Assembly: GCF_000015805.1 (NCBI RefSeq)
Contig: NC_009073.1
Span: forward strand, 60,001 to 92,000
Length of the DNA stretch: 32,000 nucleotides
Direction: 5' to 3'
Source of the DNA: Pyrobaculum calidifontis JCM 11548
GTDB taxonomy: Archaea > Thermoproteota > Thermoprotei > Thermoproteales > Thermoproteaceae
Part shown: one piece after another, positions 1-8,405 of the stretch
How positions within the stretch are numbered: the first letter of the stretch is position 1
Layout of the letters: every line of letters starts with the position of its first letter
The notes under the pieces: generated by a model
The model's input: the letters and a program-made list of their open reading frames with translations, nothing else
Database searches by the model: none
Told to the model about the DNA's origin: nothing
Made by a program: the position numbers and the translations under genes

Positions 1-247
1 AAAAGGCGAGATTCGTTATATCGTCAGGAGTGGGGCCCAACCCGCCCGTGGATATGACCACGTCAGCCTTAGCCATCGCCTCTCTAAAAGCCTCGACTAT
101 GTCCTCCTCCACGTCTGGAACTACCACAATCCTTCTAACGCTGTAGCCCAAATACGTAAGCTTTGACGCCAGCCACGCGGCATTAGTGTTAACCACGCGC
201 CCAATCAACAGCTCGTTGCCAACAGTAATTATGTAGGCCGTAGGCAC
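1..247 (-). CDS. CinA-like / MoaB-MogA-fold molybdopterin-binding domain protein. N-terminal part only; the gene runs off the left edge.
   Basis: Absent from the ORF track because it is truncated. My minus-strand translation from GTG at 247-245 reads VPTAYIITVGNELLIGRVVNTNAAWLASKLTYLGYSVRRIVVVPDVEEDIVEAFREAMAKADVVISTGGLGPTPDDITNLAF. It contains the GGLGPTxDDxT signature of this fold. Confidence 0.75.
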   Translation of the reverse strand, partial: MPTAYIITVGNELLIGRVVNTNAAWLASKLTYLGYSVRRIVVVPDVEEDIVEAFREAMAKADVVISTGGLGPTPDDITNLAF

Positions 248-255
248 GTCTACAC

Positions 256-1113
256 CTACCTCCCCGTTTTTATCTCTTCCCAGACCACGAGCAAGATACC
301 CACCAACGTCGCCGCAATACCCACCGCCTGTAGAGGCAAGGCGCCGACGGGGGTCTCCACATAGCCCGCAGGAGTCTCACCCAGTAGAAGAGCCGCAAGT
401 AGAGTGGCGCCGACGGGCTCCCCCAAGACGCTTGTGGCAACAGTAATCGCCCTGTACTTCCCCAGGAGGTAGTTAAACACAGTATGCCCAGCCATCATGG
501 GAATTGACGCTATTAGGAGAAACATTGCGAATACCTGCCAGCTGTAATTAAAGAGGTTGGACCCCAGGACTGCTCCGGCCAGTAGGCTAACTGCCGCGGC
601 GCTTCCATACGCCACTGCCACATATCCCCAGGTATTAACCGCGCTACGCACCACCCTGCCGAGGGCTAGATACCCGGCGAAAGACACTGCGCCTAAAATG
701 GCCAGCGCATTCCCCAGAAGCCCCCCTGGCGCAAACGTGGTCAACAAGGCCCCGGCGGTTGCCACAAGGACCCCGGCCACGGCCCACTTCCCCACGCGCT
801 CCCTAAGCGCCCTGGTAAACAAGAGCATTACCACCGGGTGTATATTTACCAGCGTCGTGCTGGCGGCCACCGTGGTTAAAAAGAGCGACGGTATCCAGCT
901 CAAGAAGTGCACTGCCAGCAAGACGCCAGACGCAACAGAATATGCCAGCTCTCTCCCCCTGGGCAGACCCCTCGCCGCGGCGAAAGGCGCCACAATGAGA
1001 GTGGCCAGCGCCAGTCTCCAAAACGCTATGGCCACTGGGTCCGCCGGCGTGAGTCTAATTAGGATAGAGGCGGAGGCCACCGCCAAGACGCCGATTGGCA
1101 GAAGCCAGAGCAT
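256..1113 (-). CDS. EamA/DMT-superfamily membrane transporter
   Basis: Taken from ORF 256..1293. The product is a polytopic hydrophobic protein with two EamA-like halves (LLAVHFLSWIPSLFLTTVAASTTLVNIHPV and LLIASIPMMAGHTVFNYLLGKYRAITVATSVLGEPV). I chose the start at Met61 (MLWLLPIG, 1113) because the longer form would overlap bcp and its TATA box. Met45 at 1161 is the alternative. Confidence 0.7.
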   Translation of the reverse strand: MLWLLPIGVLAVASASILIRLTPADPVAIAFWRLALATLIVAPFAAARGLPRGRELAYSVASGVLLAVHFLSWIPSLFLTTVAASTTLVNIHPVVMLLFTRALRERVGKWAVAGVLVATAGALLTTFAPGGLLGNALAILGAVSFAGYLALGRVVRSAVNTWGYVAVAYGSAAAVSLLAGAVLGSNLFNYSWQVFAMFLLIASIPMMAGHTVFNYLLGKYRAITVATSVLGEPVGATLLAALLLGETPAGYVETPVGALPLQAVGIAATLVGILLVVWEEIKTGR

Positions 1114-1132
1114 TGAGATAAGAGCCGCACAC

Positions 1133-1141
1133 CTTATATAC
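1133..1141. promoter_or_regulatory. Shared bidirectional TATA box (CTTATATAC) for the divergent EamA and bcp genes
   Basis: The only A/T-rich element in the 46-bp gap. Its centre is about 23-24 nt from both the minus-strand ATG (1113) and the plus-strand ATG (1160), which fits leaderless transcription in both directions. Confidence 0.45.
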
Positions 1142-1159
1142 ACACATCCGTGTTTACAC

Positions 1160-1570
1160 ATGAGGTTCCCAGACGTGGAACTGGAGGCCCACACCGGCGA
1201 AAAAGTGTCACCGGCGAGAGTGGAAAAGGCCGTAGTATACTTCTTCCCCAAGGCGTTTACACAGGGATGCACCAGAGAGACAATACGGTTCAACGAGCTC
1301 TACGACAAGTTCAAAGCCAAGGGCTTTGAAGTATTTGGAGTGTCCACAGACAGCGTGGAGACCCTGAGAAAATTCGCAGAAAAGTATGGGGTCAGATTTA
1401 AGCTACTAAGCGACAGAGGAGGCGCGCTGGCCTCTCAGCTGGGCATACTGAGGCCGACTGGCACAGCCGAGAGAGTGACCTACATTCTCGTCAAAGGAGA
1501 AATAATCCACGTGTTAAAGGGCCTGCGTAGCGCGGACGAGCACGCAGACAAGGCCCTCTCGTTGATATGA
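1160..1570 (+). CDS. bcp: Peroxiredoxin Bcp/PrxQ (thiol peroxidase)
   Basis: C-terminal 136 aa of ORF 557..1570, starting at MRFPDVELEAHTGEKV. Contains FFPKAFTQGCTRE (the peroxidatic Cys motif FxPKxxTxGCTxE) followed by FEVFGVSTDSVETLRKFAEKYG. The upstream part of that ORF is an antisense shadow of the transporter gene. Confidence 0.85.
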   Translation: MRFPDVELEAHTGEKVSPARVEKAVVYFFPKAFTQGCTRETIRFNELYDKFKAKGFEVFGVSTDSVETLRKFAEKYGVRFKLLSDRGGALASQLGILRPTGTAERVTYILVKGEIIHVLKGLRSADEHADKALSLI

Positions 1571-1818
1571 AGGTCTACGAGGTGAAAGGCCCCTGCCCCG
1601 AGCTTAGCATTGTGCTTGCGAGAATAGCGGCTGAGGCCGCCGAGGGGGAAGAGGTGAAGATTGTGAGCAAGTGGCGCTACGTGTTAAACGACGTAGAAAA
1701 ATCGGCCAAGATCATAGGGCTTGAGGTAGTGAGCGCCCGCGCCTTAGGCGACGTGGTGGAGGTTGTGGTTAAAAAGTCAGCACGAGGTCGGCCTCTTTTG
1801 CAAGAGCTAGAAAGGTGA
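1567..1818 (+). CDS. TusA/SirA-like small sulfur-carrier protein
   Basis: 83 aa with YEVKGPCPELSIVLARIAAEAAEGEEVKIVS, matching the TusA CPxP-type active-site Cys pattern. Its start overlaps the bcp stop in ATGA (1567-1570). Confidence 0.55.
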   Translation: MKVYEVKGPCPELSIVLARIAAEAAEGEEVKIVSKWRYVLNDVEKSAKIIGLEVVSARALGDVVEVVVKKSARGRPLLQELER

Positions 1819-2158
1819 GAGACCCCGCGACCTCCACCCCCTCCAGCGGCTCTACGCCAAGCATCTTCAACACCGGCTCGTCGACATAGACCTTAACCCC
1901 CAGAGAGAGGCACTGCCTCGCCAGCTCCTTCACGCTGGCAGCCCCCAGTCTCTTAAGCCTGCGCTTAATGAGCCACATGGCCAAGGCCGGGAGGCCCAAC
2001 AGCCTAGTCCTTGGCCTCTTGCTAAATATGAGGGCCCCAAGGCCTGTGGCAAAGAGGTGGACCTCGTAGCCCATGGCCCTCGCCGACGTTGCCACCACCA
2101 ATGCATGATAGGCACGCGCTATGTCGTTGTCGGCGAGCATAATGACGACCTTAGACAT
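1769..2158 (-). CDS. DsrE/DsrF-like (DrsE_2-type) sulfur-relay family protein
   Basis: From ORF 1769..2404, trimmed to Met83 (MSKVVIMLADNDIARAYHALVVATSARAMGYEVHLFATGLG...EADLVLTF, 129 aa). A TATA-like ATTTAAATA on the minus strand lies about 20-28 nt upstream of 2158. The N-terminal Rossmann-like pattern is typical of DsrE-fold proteins. Confidence 0.55.
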   Translation of the reverse strand: MSKVVIMLADNDIARAYHALVVATSARAMGYEVHLFATGLGALIFSKRPRTRLLGLPALAMWLIKRRLKRLGAASVKELARQCLSLGVKVYVDEPVLKMLGVEPLEGVEVAGSLTFLALAKEADLVLTF

Positions 2159-2184
2159 AAAAATGAGAGGTCGTGTATTTAAAT

Positions 2185-2238
2185 GGTGATGATCCAATGC
2201 AGGCGGCGACTCTGTGACCGTTGACCTGCCGACTGACC
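2185..2238 (+). ncRNA. Candidate C/D-box sRNA (2'-O-methylation guide)
   Basis: GG-GUGAUGA (C box 2186-2192) ... CUGA-CC (D box 2233-2236), spanning 51 nt box to box. The ends GG/CC can pair. Possible degenerate D' GCGA (2206-2209) and C' UGUGACC (2213-2219) would give 13-nt spacers. It lies in a 211-bp non-coding gap. Confidence 0.4.
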
Positions 2239-2369
2239 CGGCACGCCAAGCCAGTGATTTTGGTTTATTCGCCGACAGCACGATTGCCCTGTCCTGTGCT
2301 TCAGGGAGTGCCGTGGCTTTTACGCAAACTCCGCCGTGTAACATACACACCGTTGCTACCCACTGCGGA

Positions 2370-3029
2370 CTAGCGACGTGTGTAAGACGGGCACTTGCTT
2401 CCAATAGGACATATATGGCATTTGGGGGCCCTTGCTGTGCATATGTCGCGGCCGAATTGAATTAGCTTTAGGTGTACTTCGAGGTATTTCTCGGGTGGCA
2501 CAGCCTCCATAAACCTACGGCTTATTTCGCCGTGGTTGCCCACAATGCCCCACCTCTTAGCTATCCGCCTTATATGTGTATCAACGGGGAACGCGGGAAG
2601 ACCCAGATTCACCAAGATTACGTCGGCCGTCTTTTCTCCAACGCCCGGCAGAGAGAGGAGGAACTTCCTAGCCTCGACAGGGCCCATCTCCCTGAGCTTC
2701 TCGGGCGTCACCTTGTGGCGTATAAACGCATCTGCCAAGGCTCTAATGTTCCTGGCCCTTATGCGGTACATGCCAGCTGGCTTGATCAACTCGGCGAGCT
2801 CGTCCTCCGAGAGCTGTAGGACCGCCTCTGGTGTAATTTCCCCGAGCCGCCTTTTCAGTTGGTCATACGCTTTAAAGGCGTTGCGGTCCGATGTATTTTG
2901 GCTCAACACCACTGCCACAGCCATTTCGAAAAGATTGCCGCCCCTGCGCCAAACCACCGGCGCTATGAATTCGTTTAGTCTCAACTCCACGGTCTTGTCT
3001 ACGGCGTCTATGAACTCCCCAAGGTCCAT
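2370..3029 (-). CDS. nth: Endonuclease III (HhH-GPD DNA glycosylase/AP lyase with a 4Fe-4S cluster)
   Basis: 219 aa. Has the HhH-GPD region LLSLPGVGEKTADVILV..PVDTHIRRIA and the C-terminal CTARAPKCHICPIGSKC motif (C-x6-C-x2-C-x5-C). Confidence 0.9.
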   Translation of the reverse strand: MDLGEFIDAVDKTVELRLNEFIAPVVWRRGGNLFEMAVAVVLSQNTSDRNAFKAYDQLKRRLGEITPEAVLQLSEDELAELIKPAGMYRIRARNIRALADAFIRHKVTPEKLREMGPVEARKFLLSLPGVGEKTADVILVNLGLPAFPVDTHIRRIAKRWGIVGNHGEISRRFMEAVPPEKYLEVHLKLIQFGRDICTARAPKCHICPIGSKCPSYTRR

Positions 3030-3076
3030 AGCGTCATCTTAAATCCCGTGTTTATATTCCACCCCCTACCCTTAAC

Positions 3077-3562
3077 GTGGAGGCCAAGTTTTCAGTGCGC
3101 AAGTCAGACTTTGACAAGTTTGCGGAGAGGCTGGGGCTTAACCCAGAGGAGCTCCTCTCGCATCTAAAGGCGGAGGTCGTAAAAGTAGGGCCTGGGTTTA
3201 GGTACGTCATAGACATGGAACACTTCTTCTTCTATGTCATTGCCAAGCTCCACGGCCAGCAGAAGTCCAGCGGCGGGGCGCAGGTAGATGGGCGTAGCTT
3301 TGAGGAGGCGTTCAACAGGGCTGTGGACGCCTTGGCGGGGGCCAGCGGCTATGCGAAGCTGGCCGAGGTTAGAGAGGCTGTGTGTAGAGAGCTCGGCATA
3401 TCAGAGGAAGAGTTTTCGAGGAGGCTGGCCGAGCTTGTGCAAGCCAAGCGCGGCGCCTACATCTTGTTGGAGGGCGGCGACGTGAAAGTGCAAGTGGGCC
3501 CAAAGAAGTATGGCTACGTCAAACGAGTAGAGAGAAAGGTGGCCGAGGTGGTGTACTACTAA
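3077..3562 (+). CDS. Hypothetical protein with a possible C-terminal winged-helix-like region
   Basis: 161-aa ORF with a GTG start. TATA-like TTTATATT (3050-3057) lies about 23 nt upstream. The C-terminal segment YAKLAEVREAVCRELGISEEEFSRRLAELVQAKRGAYILLEGGD looks like a wHTH. I recognise no family. Confidence 0.6.
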   Translation: MEAKFSVRKSDFDKFAERLGLNPEELLSHLKAEVVKVGPGFRYVIDMEHFFFYVIAKLHGQQKSSGGAQVDGRSFEEAFNRAVDALAGASGYAKLAEVREAVCRELGISEEEFSRRLAELVQAKRGAYILLEGGDVKVQVGPKKYGYVKRVERKVAEVVYY

Positions 3563-3605
3563 CATCATACCTCGCGTTGATTAATTAATAGACCCGCAAT
3601 AGTAC

Positions 3606-4379
3606 GTGACTTGCCACATTCCCACTTGGCCTGTGGCCAGCGACAAAATCGCCCTCGGCGGTAAGTCGTGGATAAGGGCCGTGGAGTCGCTGATAAAGCT
3701 CACCTCGGCGTATCCCATGGCCGTGTTGTTGGGCAGAGCCGGCATGGGGAAGAGCCAGGTGGCGTTGGAGGTGTGTAAGAGGACCAACTGCATCTACATA
3801 GATTTTACGGAGATGGGGGAGAGGTCTATGGCGAATATAGCCGCGGTAGTGGCGTGGCGGCTGCTCTCCCGCCACGGGGGGAGGGAGGCTAAGAGCAGAA
3901 TAGTCGAGGCGTATAGGAAGTTCGGCTACGAGGGTCTCCTTTCTCTGGCTAGGGGGGACCCCACCTGGACTCTAAAAGCCGCATTGGAGTTGGCCGACAC
4001 GAGAGTGGTTGTAGTCATAGACGAGCTGTTGCCCTCCGCCGAGGACCCCAAGTTCTTTGAAGCAGCGTACATCCTCCACAGGATTAGGAACATGAACTTG
4101 CCCAACGCCTCCTTCTTGGTTACCATGTTGCCAGAGGTCTACGAGAAGATCGTAGAGAGAATACCGCCGTTGGGCAACCTATTTCTACACGTCACCGTTC
4201 AACTGCCTGACGTCATTCCCGAGGAGGAGGTAGAGGACTTGGTCTCATCATTTTGTCCAGAGAAAGCCGAGTTAGCCAAGAAGATTTTGCAAGAGAAGCC
4301 CGATATAACCGTGAGAGAGTTGCTCCTAGAACTCAACAACTTACCTTCGCGGCGATTTGTGGAGTTGACGCCAGTATAG
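3606..4379 (+). CDS. Small P-loop (AAA+/archaeal-ATPase-like) NTPase
   Basis: 257 aa. Walker A is LLGRAGMGKSQVAL and Walker B is VVVVIDELL. An A/T-rich TTGATTAATTAATAG lies about 20 nt upstream of GTG 3606. Confidence 0.65.
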   Translation: MTCHIPTWPVASDKIALGGKSWIRAVESLIKLTSAYPMAVLLGRAGMGKSQVALEVCKRTNCIYIDFTEMGERSMANIAAVVAWRLLSRHGGREAKSRIVEAYRKFGYEGLLSLARGDPTWTLKAALELADTRVVVVIDELLPSAEDPKFFEAAYILHRIRNMNLPNASFLVTMLPEVYEKIVERIPPLGNLFLHVTVQLPDVIPEEEVEDLVSSFCPEKAELAKKILQEKPDITVRELLLELNNLPSRRFVELTPV

Positions 4380-4427
4380 TAGACGTAGGTAACATAAACG
4401 ATTAAAAGTAGAGATTTCTTTGTTTTA

Positions 4428-5900
4428 ATGATAAAGTCCGAGACCGTGAAACAAATCCTAGAACACTATAGGGTGATTTGGGCGCTTTCGCACGCCCAAG
4501 GAGTCATGGGATGGGACAGCGAGACTTATATGCCAGAGGAGGGGATAAAGGCGAGGGCGATCGCGAGGGCCGAAATTTCGCAACTTATTCAAAAGTTTAT
4601 GCTTGACGAGAAATTTGTCAAGCTGATTGAAAAGGCTGAGGAGGAGAAGGATTTAACAGACGTGGAGAGGGGGATTGTGAGGGTGTTAAAGCGAGATCTA
4701 AAGTACTACCAGAGAGTGCCGCCGGAGGTTGTCAAGGAGTTTGCTAAAGTCACCTCCGAGGCCTTTGTGGCGTGGCGCAACGCCAAGGAGAAGGCTAGGT
4801 TTGGCCTCTTCGCTCCGTACTTGGAGAAGATTGTGGAGTTGTCTAGGGTGATTGCGGAGAAGTTGGGGTACAAGGAGCATCCCTACGACGCCTTGTTGGA
4901 CTTGTATGAGGAAGAGCTGACTTCAAGGGACGTGGAAGAGGTCTTCTCAACGCTGGAGCCAGGCGTAAGGAGGCTTTTGTCTAAGCTGGAGGCTAGGGGG
5001 TGGCCTAGGCGCCACCCGCTGGAGGAAATGCCGTATGAGAGGCCCCGCGTAGAGGCGGCTATATTCGAGGTCTTGGAGCTCTTGGGCTATCCCAAGGCTA
5101 GGTTTAGAGTAGACGTGTCGCCGCACCCCTTCACCGTGGGTATCGGGGCCCCCTACGACGTGAGAATCACCGTCAGATTTAGAGGGGTGGACTTTAGAGA
5201 GCCCCTCTTCTCGGCGCTTCACGAGTATGGCCACGCCCTCTACGAGCTGAACATTGACGAGTCTCTGGCGTTTACGCCTGTTGGAACAGGCGTCTCGCTT
5301 GGAGTACACGAGAGCCAGTCGCGCTTCATGGAAAACATTGTTGGGAGAAGTAGAGAGTTTACTGGAAAAATCGCGCCTATCCTAAGGCGCCACCTCCCCC
5401 TAGAGCAGTACAGCGACGAAGACCTCTACTACTACTTCAACGTGGTTAGGCCCAGCCTTATAAGGACTGAGGCCGACGAGGTGACGTACAACCTCCACAT
5501 ACTGCTGAGGTATAGGTTGGAGCGTCTGATGATCGCTGGAGAGGTTAAGGTAGCCGATCTGCCAGAGCTTTGGAACAACGAGATAGACCGCCTCCTCGGC
5601 GTAAGGCCGAGAAACGACGCAGAGGGGGTGTTGCAAGACATCCACTGGGCCCACGGCAGCATAGGCTACTTCCCCACGTACACGCTCGGCAACGTTGTGG
5701 CGGCGATGATTTACTACAAGCACGGCAGAGTAAAACAGCACATCGCCGACGGCGACTTCGCCTCCATAAAGGAGTACTTGAGGGAGAAGATCCACAGGTG
5801 GGGCGCCGTCTACCCGCCCAAGGAGCTTTTGACGAGGAGCTTCGGCGAGGCCTACAACGCGGAGTATTTGGTTAAATACCTCGAGGAGAAGTACCGCTAG
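4428..5900 (+). CDS. Carboxypeptidase Taq-type (M32 family) metallocarboxypeptidase
   Basis: 490 aa. Contains HEYGHALY (HExxH), HESQSRFMEN, IRTEADEVTYNLHI and DIHWAHGSIGYFPTYTLG, all hallmark M32 motifs. Confidence 0.9.
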   Translation: MIKSETVKQILEHYRVIWALSHAQGVMGWDSETYMPEEGIKARAIARAEISQLIQKFMLDEKFVKLIEKAEEEKDLTDVERGIVRVLKRDLKYYQRVPPEVVKEFAKVTSEAFVAWRNAKEKARFGLFAPYLEKIVELSRVIAEKLGYKEHPYDALLDLYEEELTSRDVEEVFSTLEPGVRRLLSKLEARGWPRRHPLEEMPYERPRVEAAIFEVLELLGYPKARFRVDVSPHPFTVGIGAPYDVRITVRFRGVDFREPLFSALHEYGHALYELNIDESLAFTPVGTGVSLGVHESQSRFMENIVGRSREFTGKIAPILRRHLPLEQYSDEDLYYYFNVVRPSLIRTEADEVTYNLHILLRYRLERLMIAGEVKVADLPELWNNEIDRLLGVRPRNDAEGVLQDIHWAHGSIGYFPTYTLGNVVAAMIYYKHGRVKQHIADGDFASIKEYLREKIHRWGAVYPPKELLTRSFGEAYNAEYLVKYLEEKYR

Positions 5901-6549
5901 TACATACATCGCATAGGGCAACCAACGCCTCGCATAGCCCCTCTCGCCTATAACCTCCCTCCTTTTTCATGGTCGACCCCCACGCCAGCTCAAAGTCCGC
6001 AATTTCGACCTTGGGGAGGAGTTCCTCTATATGCGGCGTATGTGAATTGATTAGCCCAGCTCCTCTGGCCAACTGGACCACGTAGTTGTTTAGCCCGACT
6101 CTCGCCCTGTACAAGACATATGTCGCGGCATCGCACCTATCTCTTAGCCTTATCACTCTCCCGTCGAAGTGCAACGGCCTGGCGAGTCTGGCGGTGAGCT
6201 CAGAGGCCGCGTGTGCCGCCAGCACGCTCACTATCTTGAACGTCCTCCCCCCATAGGGGGCTTGCCCCAGGAAAATTAGGTTTATCTCGTCGCTTACCAC
6301 GTGTACAAGCTCTGCGCCGTACGTAGCCGCAAGCGTTTTTGCAGTATCTACCAGAGCCTCGTGTACAACCCTGCTCCGGGGGTGTGGGAAGTCCCTTAGA
6401 CGTTTGCCAAATCCAACTCCGTCTAGTCTAACGGCGAAGGGGGGCGCCGCGGGCTCGCATACGGCCTCGCGTTCTCGGTACGAGGCTTCGAGGGCCTTTG
6501 GGTTTAGTCTTACCAGGGTAGAGACGACGTGGGCCACATTAATATACAC
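5872..6549 (-). CDS. Thg1-like protein (tRNA-His guanylyltransferase family, 3'-5' polymerase)
   Basis: 225 aa. Contains FAVRLDGVGFGK and VVSDEINLIF, which match the Thg1 catalytic motifs (RxDGxxF and SDExS). GTG start. Confidence 0.7.
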   Translation of the reverse strand: MYINVAHVVSTLVRLNPKALEASYREREAVCEPAAPPFAVRLDGVGFGKRLRDFPHPRSRVVHEALVDTAKTLAATYGAELVHVVSDEINLIFLGQAPYGGRTFKIVSVLAAHAASELTARLARPLHFDGRVIRLRDRCDAATYVLYRARVGLNNYVVQLARGAGLINSHTPHIEELLPKVEIADFELAWGSTMKKEGGYRREGLCEALVALCDVCTSGTSPRGI

Positions 6550-6563
6550 GAGTTAAATAATGC

Positions 6564-7025
6564 GTGCAACTTAAATTCAAGAACGTAGTCCTGGGGGGCA
6601 CCTTCGACACTCTGCACAGCGGCCACATAAAGCTGTTGGCCACAGCCACGTTGATTGGGGAGAGGGTGTTAATAGGCTTGACTAGCGACGCCTTTGCCTC
6701 CTCCTATAAGCAGTACAAAGTCAAGCCCTTCTCCGTGAGACTTGCCAATTTGAAGAACTTAGTCAGCCTTATAGCCCCCGAGAAGGAGGTGGTGTACGCA
6801 GAGATAAATGATCCCTACGGCCCCGCCGCTGCTGACCCCAGGCTTGAGGCCATTGTAGCCAGTGTGGAGACTCTGCCGCGCGCTCTACAGATCAACGACT
6901 TGAGGTCGGAGAGGGGGCTTAGGCCGATGGAGGTGATTGTAATATCCACAGTGAGAGATGGATATGGTCACGTCCTCTCCTCTACGTATATTAGGAAGGT
7001 CTTAGAGAAAATGCAACAGTCCTAG
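6564..7025 (+). CDS. Archaeal-type phosphopantetheine adenylyltransferase (cytidylyltransferase fold)
   Basis: 153 aa. Contains VVLGGTFDTLHSGHIKLL (GxFxxxHxGH nucleotidyltransferase motif) and C-terminal LSSTYIR. GTG start. Confidence 0.75.
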   Translation: MQLKFKNVVLGGTFDTLHSGHIKLLATATLIGERVLIGLTSDAFASSYKQYKVKPFSVRLANLKNLVSLIAPEKEVVYAEINDPYGPAAADPRLEAIVASVETLPRALQINDLRSERGLRPMEVIVISTVRDGYGHVLSSTYIRKVLEKMQQS

Positions 7026-8318
7026 CGCCGCCGCCTCTCTATACACCTCCAATGCGTGGGAGCAGTCTCCTACGCAGAGGGTGGGGCCGCCGAATACGTC
7101 TATACGGCGGTACTCAGACCCCCTCTTTAGCGTCTCAAAGACGTTTACGTATGCCACGTCTGAGTGAGAGAAGTCCTTGAATAGAGTTAAGTAGTTGTAG
7201 ACGAGGGACCACGCCTCGTGTGGGTCCTCCACCGGGGGGAGCCCATACTCCTCCACTCTTACGCTGGGAGTTGCCGGACCTATTTTTACAATTCTCTTGG
7301 CCAAATCTGCGGCGTACAGGACGTTCTCATAGTCAGCCTGGCTGTCTAGGGGGCTGTGGTACACGTCCCAGGTGTCCCACAGAGAGGAAATGGTGACCGA
7401 GGGAAGCCCCCACCTCTCGTAGTGTACACTGTCGAAGTAGGCCTGCGGGTTCTCCACGGGGCCGAGCCGTTCCAGCTGCCCGTGTAAGTAGGGGGGCGCG
7501 TATATCCTTGGAGTGCCAACCCCCACTACGTCTATGTTGACGAGGAAAGTGGGGCGCCACCGCCTTAGGTAGTTGTAGGACCCCCACGACCAGTAGAAGG
7601 AGGGCACGTGGGGCGCCACCCCCTCCTCCGCGGTGAAGAGGCCAAGCGCTATGGGCACGTCCTCTGCCACTAGCTCGCTGAAGGCCACCACGGCGGCTTC
7701 TACGCCGGCGCAGTTGTCCGTTGCCCCCGACAGCCAGTGGTCCCAGTGGGCAGACACCATTGGGGTATTTTCAAAACTGTTAAAGGCGATTAAGCTGTAG
7801 CTATACGTGACCCTAGTCTGTACATTTACCTCGAGGCGGCCTCTCTCGCCTAAGAGGCCTTTGACGCCTTCTATGCTTGCGACGGGCACCGGCGGCGGCG
7901 CTGAGTCTAGCTTAAACCCAAGCTCGCTGGTGACCACCACCCGCCTAGGCGGCGACCCCGTAAAGATGACTGCCGCCGCCCCCCTCCTCGCCGCGTCTAT
8001 TACGACGTATTTGGCGTCGTCTAAGTCTTGTGGAAACTCCGCCACGGCTATGTTGCCCTCCACGTCGCCGTCCACTGGCACAAGCCTCCCCTCCACCACC
8101 GCGCCCCTTGAATATGGCATTGCCAATCCCCGCAACTCGGCGCCCCCCACCTCCAGCCTAGTGCCCACGTCGCGCCAGTAGAGCACCTCCACTGGCGAGA
8201 GGTGAAACCACACGCCTGGCGCGTCTAACGCCGTAATAAGCCACTGCAGAAACTCCCTCTCCTCCGGCGACCCCGCCACCAGGTCTGTAAAAGAGGTGCA
8301 ACGGGAGAAAACTTCCAC
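7002..8318 (-). CDS. M28-family aminopeptidase with a PA (protease-associated) domain
   Basis: 438 aa. The PA-like region is NIAVAEFPQDLDDAKYVVIDAARRGAAAVIF. M28 metal-ligand context is present: SAHWDHW...GATDNCAG...FTAEEG...YHSPLDS. Confidence 0.7.
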   Translation of the reverse strand: MEVFSRCTSFTDLVAGSPEEREFLQWLITALDAPGVWFHLSPVEVLYWRDVGTRLEVGGAELRGLAMPYSRGAVVEGRLVPVDGDVEGNIAVAEFPQDLDDAKYVVIDAARRGAAAVIFTGSPPRRVVVTSELGFKLDSAPPPVPVASIEGVKGLLGERGRLEVNVQTRVTYSYSLIAFNSFENTPMVSAHWDHWLSGATDNCAGVEAAVVAFSELVAEDVPIALGLFTAEEGVAPHVPSFYWSWGSYNYLRRWRPTFLVNIDVVGVGTPRIYAPPYLHGQLERLGPVENPQAYFDSVHYERWGLPSVTISSLWDTWDVYHSPLDSQADYENVLYAADLAKRIVKIGPATPSVRVEEYGLPPVEDPHEAWSLVYNYLTLFKDFSHSDVAYVNVFETLKRGSEYRRIDVFGGPTLCVGDCSHALEVYREAAALGLLHFL

Positions 8319-8405
8319 GGCCTCGGGGAAGATAAACGTTTTAAATTATCTCACCCAGCCTATTAGGCGGGTTTGTTGACTCGTGAAAGATAGAACCCGG
8401 CCTGA

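Noticed and set aside
557-1159. N-terminal 200 aa of the 337-aa plus-strand ORF 557..1570
   Set aside because: It is a low-complexity, Ala/Pro/Thr/Arg-rich antisense shadow of the EamA transporter gene. Recognisable Bcp sequence only begins at ATG 1160, which has its own TATA box.
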